Source: an uncultured Rhodopirellula sp.
GTDB lineage: Bacteria > Planctomycetota > Planctomycetia > Pirellulales > Pirellulaceae
DNA: 38,132 nt
Assembly: GCA_964007735.1 (NCBI GenBank)
Contig: CAXGAI010000015.1
Coordinates: 62,001-100,132 of the forward strand
Direction of reading: 5' to 3'
The position numbers and the translations under genes are program-made. Shown one piece after another: positions 27,710 to 36,906 of the stretch (the stretch's first letter is position 1; every line of letters starts with the position of its first letter). The notes under the pieces were generated by a model. The model made no database searches. It had not been told where the DNA came from and saw only the letters and a list, made by a program, of their open reading frames with translations.

Positions 27710-29035
27710 TCAGATTTCGTCGACCTCCCAACCTTTAGCGAAGTCGGGCCGGAGATATTCGCTCACTTTGGTATTACCCTGCGGCTTGAACGATGGGGCG
27801 TCCCAGTTAAAGCCGCCGCCTGCTCTAAAAGCCGCATTGGCGAGCAAGACCGCCTCCGAAAGGGCTCCAGAATAATTAACAAAATCGCATGTGGATCGGG
27901 GGCCGCCTTTACAGGCGTTTATCCACTCCTTGTAGAATCCCGGCGATTTTGGAATTGATTGGGGCGGTGACTTAGGTTCGCTACCATCATTTAACTTGGC
28001 TTTGTACCCGTCAAAACCGGCCGAAATCGTTCCGTTCTCTCCAACGAAAAGCGTATTCCCGTATTTGGGCGCATTATGTTTGGCAAATACGGAATCTAAA
28101 GAGCCTTGCCACCAGTGAAGAACCACCGCGTTGTGCCCATTCTCAGCCTTGTACTCAAGTCGTGTTTGCATAGATTTTGGTGTGCGGTGGCGATCAATGG
28201 ATCCCGAAGCTGGTATGGTGTCCAAATCAATTCGGGTGGGATGCTTGAGTCCAAGGGCCCAGTACGGAATGTCCAGAATATGGCAACCCCAGTTGCCCGT
28301 TTCCCCTGTACCGTAATTCCACCAAAAACGCCACTTGTATGGAACATAGTCAGGAGCGTATTCCGTTTTGGCAACAGGGCCTTGCCATAATTCCCAATCT
28401 AGATGACTTGGAATGGAAGGAAATTCCTTGGGCATAGGGGGCATGCCACGCGAACTAGATATGGCGCAATAGACTTCCTTGATGTCCCCGACCATTCCTG
28501 ATTGCACGGCTTCAACCGCTCTGGCCATTCCCGCATTTGCATGACGTTGATTGCCTAGCTGGGTCGCAACATCCATCTTTCGCGCGATCCTTGTCAACTG
28601 CCGAATCTCCCAGGCGGAGTGGGCTAGCGGCTTTTCACAATAGACATGCTTCCCCTCCATCATGGCCTGTCTGGCCGGATGAAAGTGAGTGTGGTCGGGT
28701 GTACTTATAACAACAGCATCAATTTGGTTTCCGAGCTTATCAAGCATAACTCGGTAATCCTTAAACTTACCAGCCTTGTGAAATTCCTGAAATCGTTTTC
28801 CAGCTTTCGATTCGTCGACGTCGCACATTGCGATTATATTTTCACTCGACACGCCTCCAACATTCGCAGATCCTCGGCCACCAACACCGATACACGCAAT
28901 GTTTAACTTTTCGTTGGCCGACCTCGTCTCCGCCTTGACGGTGGGACCTACCATCCACACCCCCCCTGCAACAGCTGCAGAGTTCTTGAGGAATTGACGG
29001 CGAGATTCGTTGGTACGATTTAATTGGTCACTCAT
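27710..29035 (-). CDS. Gfo/Idh/MocA family NAD-dependent oxidoreductase, Tat signal
   Basis: SRRQFLK, IACIGVGGRG, DAVVISTPDHTH, HVYCEKPL, TQLGNQ, LDWELWQGP, WRFWWNYGTG..GNWGCH.LD. Confidence 0.93.
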   Translation of the reverse strand: MSDQLNRTNESRRQFLKNSAAVAGGVWMVGPTVKAETRSANEKLNIACIGVGGRGSANVGGVSSENIIAMCDVDESKAGKRFQEFHKAGKFKDYRVMLDKLGNQIDAVVISTPDHTHFHPARQAMMEGKHVYCEKPLAHSAWEIRQLTRIARKMDVATQLGNQRHANAGMARAVEAVQSGMVGDIKEVYCAISSSRGMPPMPKEFPSIPSHLDWELWQGPVAKTEYAPDYVPYKWRFWWNYGTGETGNWGCHILDIPYWALGLKHPTRIDLDTIPASGSIDRHRTPKSMQTRLEYKAENGHNAVVLHWWQGSLDSVFAKHNAPKYGNTLFVGENGTISAGFDGYKAKLNDGSEPKSPPQSIPKSPGFYKEWINACKGGPRSTCDFVNYSGALSEAVLLANAAFRAGGGFNWDAPSFKPQGNTKVSEYLRPDFAKGWEVDEI

Positions 29036-29201
29036 GGTTGATTCCGGTTGTAAGTGTATCGAGTTCTATGGCCTTAGCACTCATTATAGATAACGCGGTA
29101 CTTCGATGCTATTTCAGTCGGGATAACATATCGAATAGATGATGGTATTCACAGCCTGATTGTTTCTCACTACGCTCGACTGTTGGGTTAAAATTGACGT
29201 T

Positions 29202-31604
29202 ATGATTACGAAACAAAAAATATTTGTCGTGGTACTGTGTTTGCTTGTGTTTGTCAGTTCGACCATGGGTTACGGTTTCGGAGCAGAAGCGCGAGTCACA
29301 TTCCTTAAACAGTATTGTTGGAACTGCCATTCAGCGGATACTGAAACAGCTCTTAACCTGGAACAGTTTGGACGTGACTTCGACTCTCCTGCGGACTTTG
29401 AAGTTTGGGTGAAGATTTTCGATAAAATCCGAAACGGAGAAATGCCCCCGGCCGCCGCGGATAAACCTAATGCCGAACTCCTCTCCAAAGTTTTAAGTCA
29501 ACTTCGAAGAGACCTGCTCTCAGCGAACCATAAACAATATCAAATCAACGGCCGGGTCCCCGCGCGGCGATTGACAAAAACGGAGTATCGCTACACCATA
29601 CAAGACCTGCTTTATATCGATATCGATGTTACAAACCATCTTCCTGACGAGACGGCGTCAGGTGGATTTGATACGATCGGGCGTGCGCAACGTTTAAGTT
29701 CCGTACACATGCAGGGCCTAATGAGAAGTGCGGATGATGCACTCCAGGAAGCTCTGGATAAGGGGTTAGAGGTTTCGCCGTATCAACAGTTTAAGTATGA
29801 CATCCTTAACAGTCCGCGACTCGCCTATCACGATGGAAAGACCTTTATAGATGGTGGTGGTATTTATAGGCGGATTGGTGAAGGCCTCGTAATTTTTACC
29901 GACGTTGATTTTTTACTCCCGTCTCACGCACATCATTTCGACGTAAAGCGTGCAGGGATGTACAAAATCACGATCGATGCCAGTGCGTATCAGTCTGAAG
30001 TACCTTTAACGCTCAAGCTGATCAACAAGGGGCTCAATGGTGGTGGTCGCATGTTAGCCGTGGCGGATATACCGGTGGAACCGGAAAAGCCATTGAGTGT
30101 TGTTGCTTTCCTCCGTCCAGGCGATTCGTTCTATCCTACCTATGCCATGGAAGATAATACCCAAGGGGGAGGGATCGATTTCCTCATGAAGTATGGTGAT
30201 ATGGATTATCAAGGAAAGGGTATTCATATAAGGTCTATTCGCATCGATGGACCTTTAAGTCAGGAATGGCCTCCGCGCAGCGCTAAGCAATTACTCACAG
30301 GCGCTGAGGTTACCGAGAATAGAACACTTCAAGGTCCTCAACGGTATGAAGTCAAGTTGCAGTCCACCATAGAACATCATGTTGAAGATAGCCTTCGTCG
30401 TTTTTGTGCAAGAGCTTTCCGGCGCCCCGTCGGAAAAGAAGAACTCCAGTCGTTCGTTGACTTAGCCAGACCAGCGATAGCAAAGGGTGAGAGCTTGCAG
30501 GAGTCGCTCAAAGTTCCGATGCGTGCGATTTTAAGTTCGCCCCAGTTTTTAATATTTCAGGAGGTACCAGGGCGACTTGATTCGTACGCCCTGGCAAATC
30601 GCCTTTCTTATTTCCTTTGGCGCAGCATGCCAGACAGTGAATTGTTTCAGCTTGCTAAATCTGGAAAATTGCAGAAGGAAGAAGTCCTGCGACAACAGGT
30701 GGTTCGGATGCTGGCGGACGAAAAGGGGAGACGATTTATCAAAGATTTTCTGGGGCAATGGTTGATGTTGAATAAAATCAACGCGAACACACCGGACCAG
30801 CGTCTTTTTTGGGAGTACGATGAAGTGTTGGCAGATACTCTCTTACGTGAATCGGTGCTGTTTTACCAATACCTTTTACAACGCAACTTAAGCGCGGTCA
30901 ACTTTATCGACTCAGATTTTACTTTTGCGAACCGTCGATTGGCACAACACTATGATCTGCCCAATTTAAAGGGTCAGCAAATGAGGCTCGTCAGTTTGCC
31001 GCCAGACTCACCCCGGGGAGGTTTTCTTGCTCAGGCATCGGTATTAAAGACCACCGCGAATGGAACGTCTACCTCGCCGGTGGTCCGTGGTAATTTTGTC
31101 CTGACCAATTTTTACGGTACGCCGGCACCTTCCCCGCCGCCGTCGGTTGGATCTGTGGAACCCGATATCCGTGGGAAAACGACCATTCGGGAGATTCTAT
31201 CCGCACATCGGGACGTTGCCACCTGTAATGCCTGCCACCGAAAAATCGACCCGCCTGGATTCGCATTAGAGAGCTTCGACCCAATTGGTCGATATAGGAG
31301 CCGGTATCGAATTAAAGTAGGCGATGAAATTCGGGAGGAACTCGTTGTCGACGCTTCAGGAACAACTCCTCAGGGTGACAAATTCGCAAGCTTCACGGAA
31401 TTTAAACAATTGATGCTTGCCGACAAGGATATCATCATTGGTAACTACATAATGAAATTACTTGAGTTCAGTACGGGTTCTGAGATTCAGTTCGCGGACC
31501 GCCAAGAAGTTGCCGAAATAATTGCGAGATCAAAAATCAACGATTATAGAGTCCGTGATATCGTCGTCGAAGTCGTGTTAAGCGATATTTTCAGGACAAA
31601 ATAG
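29202..31604 (+). CDS. DUF1592/DUF1588/DUF1587/DUF1595/DUF1585 planctomycete-type di-haem protein
   Basis: CWNCH, GEMPP, RRLTKTEY..TIQDLL, AFRRPV, LANRLSYFLWRSMPD, RGGFL.QASVL...ANG..TSPVVRG, CNACH.KIDPPGFALESFDPIG. ATG 29202 preferred. Confidence 0.92.
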   Translation: MITKQKIFVVVLCLLVFVSSTMGYGFGAEARVTFLKQYCWNCHSADTETALNLEQFGRDFDSPADFEVWVKIFDKIRNGEMPPAAADKPNAELLSKVLSQLRRDLLSANHKQYQINGRVPARRLTKTEYRYTIQDLLYIDIDVTNHLPDETASGGFDTIGRAQRLSSVHMQGLMRSADDALQEALDKGLEVSPYQQFKYDILNSPRLAYHDGKTFIDGGGIYRRIGEGLVIFTDVDFLLPSHAHHFDVKRAGMYKITIDASAYQSEVPLTLKLINKGLNGGGRMLAVADIPVEPEKPLSVVAFLRPGDSFYPTYAMEDNTQGGGIDFLMKYGDMDYQGKGIHIRSIRIDGPLSQEWPPRSAKQLLTGAEVTENRTLQGPQRYEVKLQSTIEHHVEDSLRRFCARAFRRPVGKEELQSFVDLARPAIAKGESLQESLKVPMRAILSSPQFLIFQEVPGRLDSYALANRLSYFLWRSMPDSELFQLAKSGKLQKEEVLRQQVVRMLADEKGRRFIKDFLGQWLMLNKINANTPDQRLFWEYDEVLADTLLRESVLFYQYLLQRNLSAVNFIDSDFTFANRRLAQHYDLPNLKGQQMRLVSLPPDSPRGGFLAQASVLKTTANGTSTSPVVRGNFVLTNFYGTPAPSPPPSVGSVEPDIRGKTTIREILSAHRDVATCNACHRKIDPPGFALESFDPIGRYRSRYRIKVGDEIREELVVDASGTTPQGDKFASFTEFKQLMLADKDIIIGNYIMKLLEFSTGSEIQFADRQEVAEIIARSKINDYRVRDIVVEVVLSDIFRTK

Positions 31605-31635
31605 TTTGTGTTTAAACAACTTCCGCCCTTAGTTC

Positions 31636-32898
31636 ATGGGTAAAAATATGATGGAACTTAATCGAAGGACCCTAATCCAGGCCAGTGGTGTTTCCCTTGC
31701 GCTGCCGTTTCTGGAATCGATGGCACCTGGCAGAGATCAACCCATTGGAACGCCCCATCGGTCGGTATTTATTTGTACAGCATTAGGCTTGCATCCGCGC
31801 TCTTTATGGCCTGAAACCCCTGGTAGGGATTATGAAAGTACCAAGTACCTGCGTTTGCTAGAAGATCATCGAGAAGAATATACACTGTTTTCTGGTCTGT
31901 CGCACAGTAATCAGGTCGGCCGTCAGGCACATGACAGTGAGATGACTTGGTTGACTTCAACGCCAAAACCGGGAAACGCAGGGTTCAGAAACGGTATTTC
32001 CGTAGATCAAATGGTAGCGGGTCATTTTGGATATACGACGCGGTTTCCATCAATCAATATTGGTTCGGACCGATCTCAAAGTCAGGCATATACAGCGGGC
32101 GGGGTGATGTTGCCTGCCCTATATGATCCCCGCGAGATCTTCTCGAAATTATTCCTCAATGGAAAGCCAGCCGAAGTACAAACGCAAAAAAGAAAGTTAT
32201 CTGAAGGGCGCAGCATTTTAGATCAGTTGAGGGGCCAGACGGGGCGGCTCCGTCGGAAGATCAGTGGGTCGGACAATCATTTGTTGAACGATTATCTCGA
32301 ATCTGTGAGGGACACAGAGAAAGACATTGCCGAGCTTGAAGGTTGGCTTGATCGTCCCAAGCCCGAAGTCGATGAAGAAATTCCCGTGGACATCGACCCG
32401 AGATTAATTCTCACTCGGCTACAGGCATTGATGGGGTTGATCCCCCTGATGTTACAGACGGATTCTACGCGAACAGTGACGTTTCTGATTCAGGATCCTC
32501 ATGTAGACATCCAAATTGATGGTGTGAATGAACGCCATCATATTTTGTCACACCATGGGCAGGATGAAGATAAGCTACGACAACTAGGACTCATTGAGTC
32601 CGGGATTATCAATTCCTTCAGCGGGCTGTTGGAGAAAATGAAAAATACTGAGGAGAACGGCGAGCGATTGCTTGACAACACTTCTATTGTGTTTGGCTCG
32701 AATCTGGGTAATGCAAATTCTCACGATGCAACCAACTTGCCGGTAATCGTTGCCGGAGGCGGGTTTGACCATGGTCAGTACGTGGCATTCGATCCGAAAC
32801 GCAATACGGAGCTTAGCAATCTTTACCTGACCGTATTACAACGCCAGGGGCTCGAGGTCGATCGTTTTGGCCAGAGTACGGGTGTCCTTCGTTGGTAG
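31636..32898 (+). CDS. DUF1552 (HxxSHH) family protein, Tat signal
   Basis: NRRTLI...GVSLALPFLESM, ISVDQ, SILD, YLESVR..EK, TDSTR, HHILSHHG, LLDNT..VFGS.LG..NSH...NLP..VAGG. Confidence 0.93.
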   Translation: MGKNMMELNRRTLIQASGVSLALPFLESMAPGRDQPIGTPHRSVFICTALGLHPRSLWPETPGRDYESTKYLRLLEDHREEYTLFSGLSHSNQVGRQAHDSEMTWLTSTPKPGNAGFRNGISVDQMVAGHFGYTTRFPSINIGSDRSQSQAYTAGGVMLPALYDPREIFSKLFLNGKPAEVQTQKRKLSEGRSILDQLRGQTGRLRRKISGSDNHLLNDYLESVRDTEKDIAELEGWLDRPKPEVDEEIPVDIDPRLILTRLQALMGLIPLMLQTDSTRTVTFLIQDPHVDIQIDGVNERHHILSHHGQDEDKLRQLGLIESGIINSFSGLLEKMKNTEENGERLLDNTSIVFGSNLGNANSHDATNLPVIVAGGGFDHGQYVAFDPKRNTELSNLYLTVLQRQGLEVDRFGQSTGVLRW

Positions 32899-33968
32899 AG
32901 TTTGTGGCAGAGACTCGGTATCCAGAATTTGTTGTCTCGGGAACTTCACGCGAGATGGGACGGCAACTTGGGGAGCAGGCTGGAGAACTTGTTCGTAGGT
33001 TCTGCGCGATTGCTTTGGAAAGTGCGAATCGAATGGCATGTGTATCCATCGAAGAAGCGCACCGCGTCTCTGAGGAATCTATGAAGCATGCGTCTCGTTA
33101 CGCCCCCCATTTAATGGAAGAATTTGAAGGCATAGCGGAAGCCGCCAAGGTTTCACGGTTAGACCTGATGCTTACGCAAGTAAGAAATCAGTTTACCGAT
33201 GATTGCGAGAATGCCTGTACATCGTTTTCAGCTTCTAGAGCGTTCACTATGGACGGTAGAGGCTTGCTCGCGCAAACATGGGATGCCGACCCTGCTCTGG
33301 ATGAAGTCACGATTGTTTTAACCCGTCGGCCTCTCGGTAAACCAGCTTATTTGAGCGTTGGGCAAGCCGGGCTGATCGGATATATGGGTGTGAACGAAGA
33401 GGGTATCGGTTGCGCCGTTAACACCCTCCCCGCTCCCAGCCGAGGCGTTGGGGTCCCCCATTACTTCTCGCTGCGACGGATGTTTGAACAATCGACACTT
33501 ACAGACGCGGTGGAGATATTGTCAGAGGCTTATCGTGCCATTTCGGTGAATATTATGATGACCACCCCAGAAGGTCCCGCGAATATTGAGGCCACTCCGG
33601 AACAGGTTTACCTGCTTCGCCATCAAGACTATTTAGTCCATACGAACCATTGTCTGCACAAAGAGCTGACGCCTTTGAATGAACATTACGACGAATTATG
33701 TCAATCGTATTCTCGGTTACCGAGAATGACGGAGTTGGTGGAAGCATCTTACGACCGAATAGGACTAGAGGCGGTCTCGGAAATGTTTCAGGATCACGAT
33801 AACTTTCCGGGTTCCATTTGTCGACACGCAAATCCAAAAGATCCAGTGCATGGTTTTATTGAGACCGTGTTCGCAATGATTGTTGAACCTGAAGAGGGGC
33901 TTCTTCATGTTTCCCGTGGTAAACCTTGTTCCGCACCATTCGAAAAATATTCTATGCGATCGTGCTAA
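32892..33968 (+). CDS. Peptidase C45 (AAT) family Ntn-hydrolase / acyltransferase
   Basis: EMGRQLGEQ, EFEGIAE, ACTSF (autoprocessing Cys), AQTWD, G.IG..GVNE.G, GVP, VHTNH, S..R..R, SICRH. Start TTG 32892 or GTG 32904. Confidence 0.85.
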   Translation: MVEFVAETRYPEFVVSGTSREMGRQLGEQAGELVRRFCAIALESANRMACVSIEEAHRVSEESMKHASRYAPHLMEEFEGIAEAAKVSRLDLMLTQVRNQFTDDCENACTSFSASRAFTMDGRGLLAQTWDADPALDEVTIVLTRRPLGKPAYLSVGQAGLIGYMGVNEEGIGCAVNTLPAPSRGVGVPHYFSLRRMFEQSTLTDAVEILSEAYRAISVNIMMTTPEGPANIEATPEQVYLLRHQDYLVHTNHCLHKELTPLNEHYDELCQSYSRLPRMTELVEASYDRIGLEAVSEMFQDHDNFPGSICRHANPKDPVHGFIETVFAMIVEPEEGLLHVSRGKPCSAPFEKYSMRSC

Positions 33969-34101
33969 GGTCGACGCGGTACCGGAGGTGGTATCTCGGG
34001 AGGGGAGTTTGATAATCCATGTTGACCTGAGATCATTCTTACAGCATCGGCGATTAGTCGAAGTGGCTTTGCAATTTCGTTAAATAATTTATTTGTCCAC
34101 G

Positions 34102-34118
34102 AATTGGTTGGACCGATT
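34102..34118. promoter_or_regulatory. GntR/FadR-subfamily (PdhR/LldR-like) operator candidate
   Basis: AATTGGT-tgg-ACCGATT matches AATTGGTnnnACCAATT at 13 of 14 specified positions; 50 nt upstream of ATG 34169 and just before a TAAAAT hexamer at 34122. Confidence 0.5.
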
Positions 34119-34168
34119 GTTTAAAATAACTTAACTCCGTTCCTAGATGTACTTAATAGAGTAGACAT

Positions 34169-36901
34169 ATGTTTCGACTGTTCGCCGTAGCGGCTCTTTA
34201 TCTCACGCTTATTTCATTCTCGGGGTTGGACGCAGTTGAAGTCCGGCATGCATCCCACATGAGTCCTCATGCTCGCCCCATCGTAATATTAAACAATCAT
34301 GTCTTTGTGGCAAACACGCCTGCTGACACTGTCGACGTAATTGGTGTGAAATCTCAGGAAGTGGTGGCTCGTGTTCCGGTGGGGATAGACCCTGTTGGCC
34401 TCGCCGTTCGTCCGGATGGGAGTCAGGTTTGGGTAGCGAACCATATCTCAGACTCGATAAGTGTGATTGACACCAATTTGAAGAGCCCCAGCTACCTCAA
34501 GGTGGTGGGTACCGTTCAGGATATTAATGCGTCCACCAAATCAACGCGATTTGACGAGCCTACGGGAGTCGCTTTTGCATCGAACGCAAAAGCTTATATC
34601 TCACTATCTTCAGAAAATCAAATCGCAGTAATTGACGTAGGAACTTTGACGGTAGCTAAACGCTTAACGATCAATGCGCAGGATCCGCGTGCTATCACCG
34701 TACGAGATGGGAAACTATATGTTATCCCCTTCGAATCAAATAATCAGACTCAACTTTCAGGTGGGACGCCTCCGCTAGATGGCAAATTGAAAACCTTTGA
34801 CGCTTGGGAGCATTCCATTCGCCACAATAACGTTTTGTCCATTGGCCATGTGGTCGATGTGATTCGTCATCCCGAAGTTCCTGACCGGGATTTATACGTT
34901 TTTGATACTGATAATGAAAAATTGGTCAGGGTTGTCAATAACGTCGGGACGTTGCTTTACGGGTTAACGGTCGATTCGAAAGGAAATGTGTTTGTGGCGC
35001 AGGCAGATGCGCGTAATGATGCGAACGGTAAATCTGGAACCGACAATCATGGATTGAAAGAATTAGAGAATCGTGCGTTTCTGAACCAGATTACGAAGAT
35101 TGGTCTGAGCGAACCAAAACCGGAGGTGCAACGCATTGAGCTTGAACCGTTGCCTCCCAATCATCCGGATCCCGGCATGGCGCTAGCAACTCCGTTCGCA
35201 GTTCAGATTAGCGATGACGATTCGACGCTGGTCGCCAGCGCTGCTAGTTCGGATAAGGTGTTCACATTGGACGCCCAAACGGGTGCGATACTTGGCCGTG
35301 TGGATGTTGGAGCAGTACCACGTGGTATCGCCTTGGCTTCGAATCACCATGGCAAACCGGATAGGGCGTGGGTGTTGAATGCCGTTGATAATACGGTATC
35401 GTTGCTGAATCTTGAGGATGTTAGCAAACCGATCTTGGTGAAGACGGTTGAATTAGATGACCCCACCGACCCGATCGTAAAGCAAGGTCGGAGAATGTTT
35501 AACACAGCGTCGGCTTCTACGACGAGGACGTTCTCGTGCGCCAGTTGCCATCCGGATGGACATACCGACCAGTTACTTTGGGTTTTAAATACGCCCATTG
35601 TTACGGGAGGTAAGCAAATCATGCCTCGTTCAACGATGCCGATTCGAGGCTTACGCGATACGGAACCTTATCACTGGGATGGCATCCCCGGTGATCCTTA
35701 TGGAGGCAATAACAGTTTCAGCATCCATAAGTCTGTTGGTCCCAATAGCGATGTGAAAGATCCCGTAACGAGTAGTCGCCATCTGATAGATGGCGGATTA
35801 GCTAATACGATGATGACCGTAGGTGACGATGCAAAAAATGATAAAGGGCAAGCGGGTGAATTGTCTGATAGCGATCGTGATGCGATGGCGAGATTCCTCC
35901 TTAGTATTGCGTATCCCCCGGCGCAACGGCGACCTTATACCAATGAAGTAACGAAGAGGGCACGTGATGGTTTTGAACTGTTTCATGTACATGGGGATAT
36001 GCAACCTCGGCAGAACGTCTGTGGGGATTGCCATAGAATGCCATTTCTAGTGAGCACCAATACGCCGGGAACCGGGATGGATGCGCCTACATGGCGGGGC
36101 GCGTATGACCGGTGGTTGATTTTGCCGCAGGGTCGTTTGAATATTATTGACTTTCCTTTTTACAGAAACCTTGCCGAAAGGGGCGCACCGGAACGAGGAG
36201 TCTGGCGTCTTTCCTGGGGCGGTCGGGAACGCTTCGATCCGGTTTGGGATATGGTATTGCAACAGAGCAATGGGTACCCCGGTGGCTATGGTCGCCAGGT
36301 CACTATTAATCGAACCACTGCTGCCAGCGACTTGACGCTTAGCCTGCTAAACGCTTTGGAGAAATCAGCCTCGGAAGGCGCGATTATTTTTAACGGTGAC
36401 GGCCGGTGGCTTGATCACAAGCGGCGAGGCGATGCGCAATTGCAATTTGTTGGTGGAGAATATGTTGAGCAAGGAAGTAAACCACTTCGCTTTTCACGAG
36501 CGGAGTTATTGCAGGCAGCAGTCGAGGGTCGGTTTGTTGGAACATTTACGGCGCATATAGGCGCCCATTTTGATATTAATAACCCACAACCCGCCATTTG
36601 GACATTAGGACCGATTCAATCGCAGCGAGGCCGGCAGCGTTTCCCGGTACTAAGTCAGGAAAAGGCTCAAATGGCAGTTAGTGTTCGACACGTGCAAAAT
36701 AGTGCCAGGCTGTATGTCGATGGCCGTAAAGTTCAAGGACTGCTTGAATTAAAAGGGGGGGCAGCGAAAATCACCCTAACCGACGTGCCAACTCCAGGGA
36801 TGCACCTGTTACAGATGCAGAACCCGAACGGATTATTCAGCAATGATTTCATATTTTATGTGAAGGGTTCAGACGTACGAGATTCTTCTGCAGGGGAATA
36901 G
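34169..36901 (+). CDS. Secreted YVTN/YncE beta-propeller fused to a CcP/MauG-like di-haem domain
   Basis: Signal peptide; repeats VFVANT.ADTVDVI, VPVGIDP.GLAV.PDG..VWVAN..SDSISVID, VGAVPRGIAL; haem motifs CASCH and CGDCH; RSTMPIRG...T.PYHWDG. Confidence 0.8.
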   Translation: MFRLFAVAALYLTLISFSGLDAVEVRHASHMSPHARPIVILNNHVFVANTPADTVDVIGVKSQEVVARVPVGIDPVGLAVRPDGSQVWVANHISDSISVIDTNLKSPSYLKVVGTVQDINASTKSTRFDEPTGVAFASNAKAYISLSSENQIAVIDVGTLTVAKRLTINAQDPRAITVRDGKLYVIPFESNNQTQLSGGTPPLDGKLKTFDAWEHSIRHNNVLSIGHVVDVIRHPEVPDRDLYVFDTDNEKLVRVVNNVGTLLYGLTVDSKGNVFVAQADARNDANGKSGTDNHGLKELENRAFLNQITKIGLSEPKPEVQRIELEPLPPNHPDPGMALATPFAVQISDDDSTLVASAASSDKVFTLDAQTGAILGRVDVGAVPRGIALASNHHGKPDRAWVLNAVDNTVSLLNLEDVSKPILVKTVELDDPTDPIVKQGRRMFNTASASTTRTFSCASCHPDGHTDQLLWVLNTPIVTGGKQIMPRSTMPIRGLRDTEPYHWDGIPGDPYGGNNSFSIHKSVGPNSDVKDPVTSSRHLIDGGLANTMMTVGDDAKNDKGQAGELSDSDRDAMARFLLSIAYPPAQRRPYTNEVTKRARDGFELFHVHGDMQPRQNVCGDCHRMPFLVSTNTPGTGMDAPTWRGAYDRWLILPQGRLNIIDFPFYRNLAERGAPERGVWRLSWGGRERFDPVWDMVLQQSNGYPGGYGRQVTINRTTAASDLTLSLLNALEKSASEGAIIFNGDGRWLDHKRRGDAQLQFVGGEYVEQGSKPLRFSRAELLQAAVEGRFVGTFTAHIGAHFDINNPQPAIWTLGPIQSQRGRQRFPVLSQEKAQMAVSVRHVQNSARLYVDGRKVQGLLELKGGAAKITLTDVPTPGMHLLQMQNPNGLFSNDFIFYVKGSDVRDSSAGE

Positions 36902-36906
36902 AGATC

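Noticed and set aside
34169..36901. Calling this gene true hydrazine synthase (anammox)
   Set aside because: No HzsA, HAO or other anammox genes in the window, the context is heterotrophic, and such fusions also occur in non-anammox bacteria.
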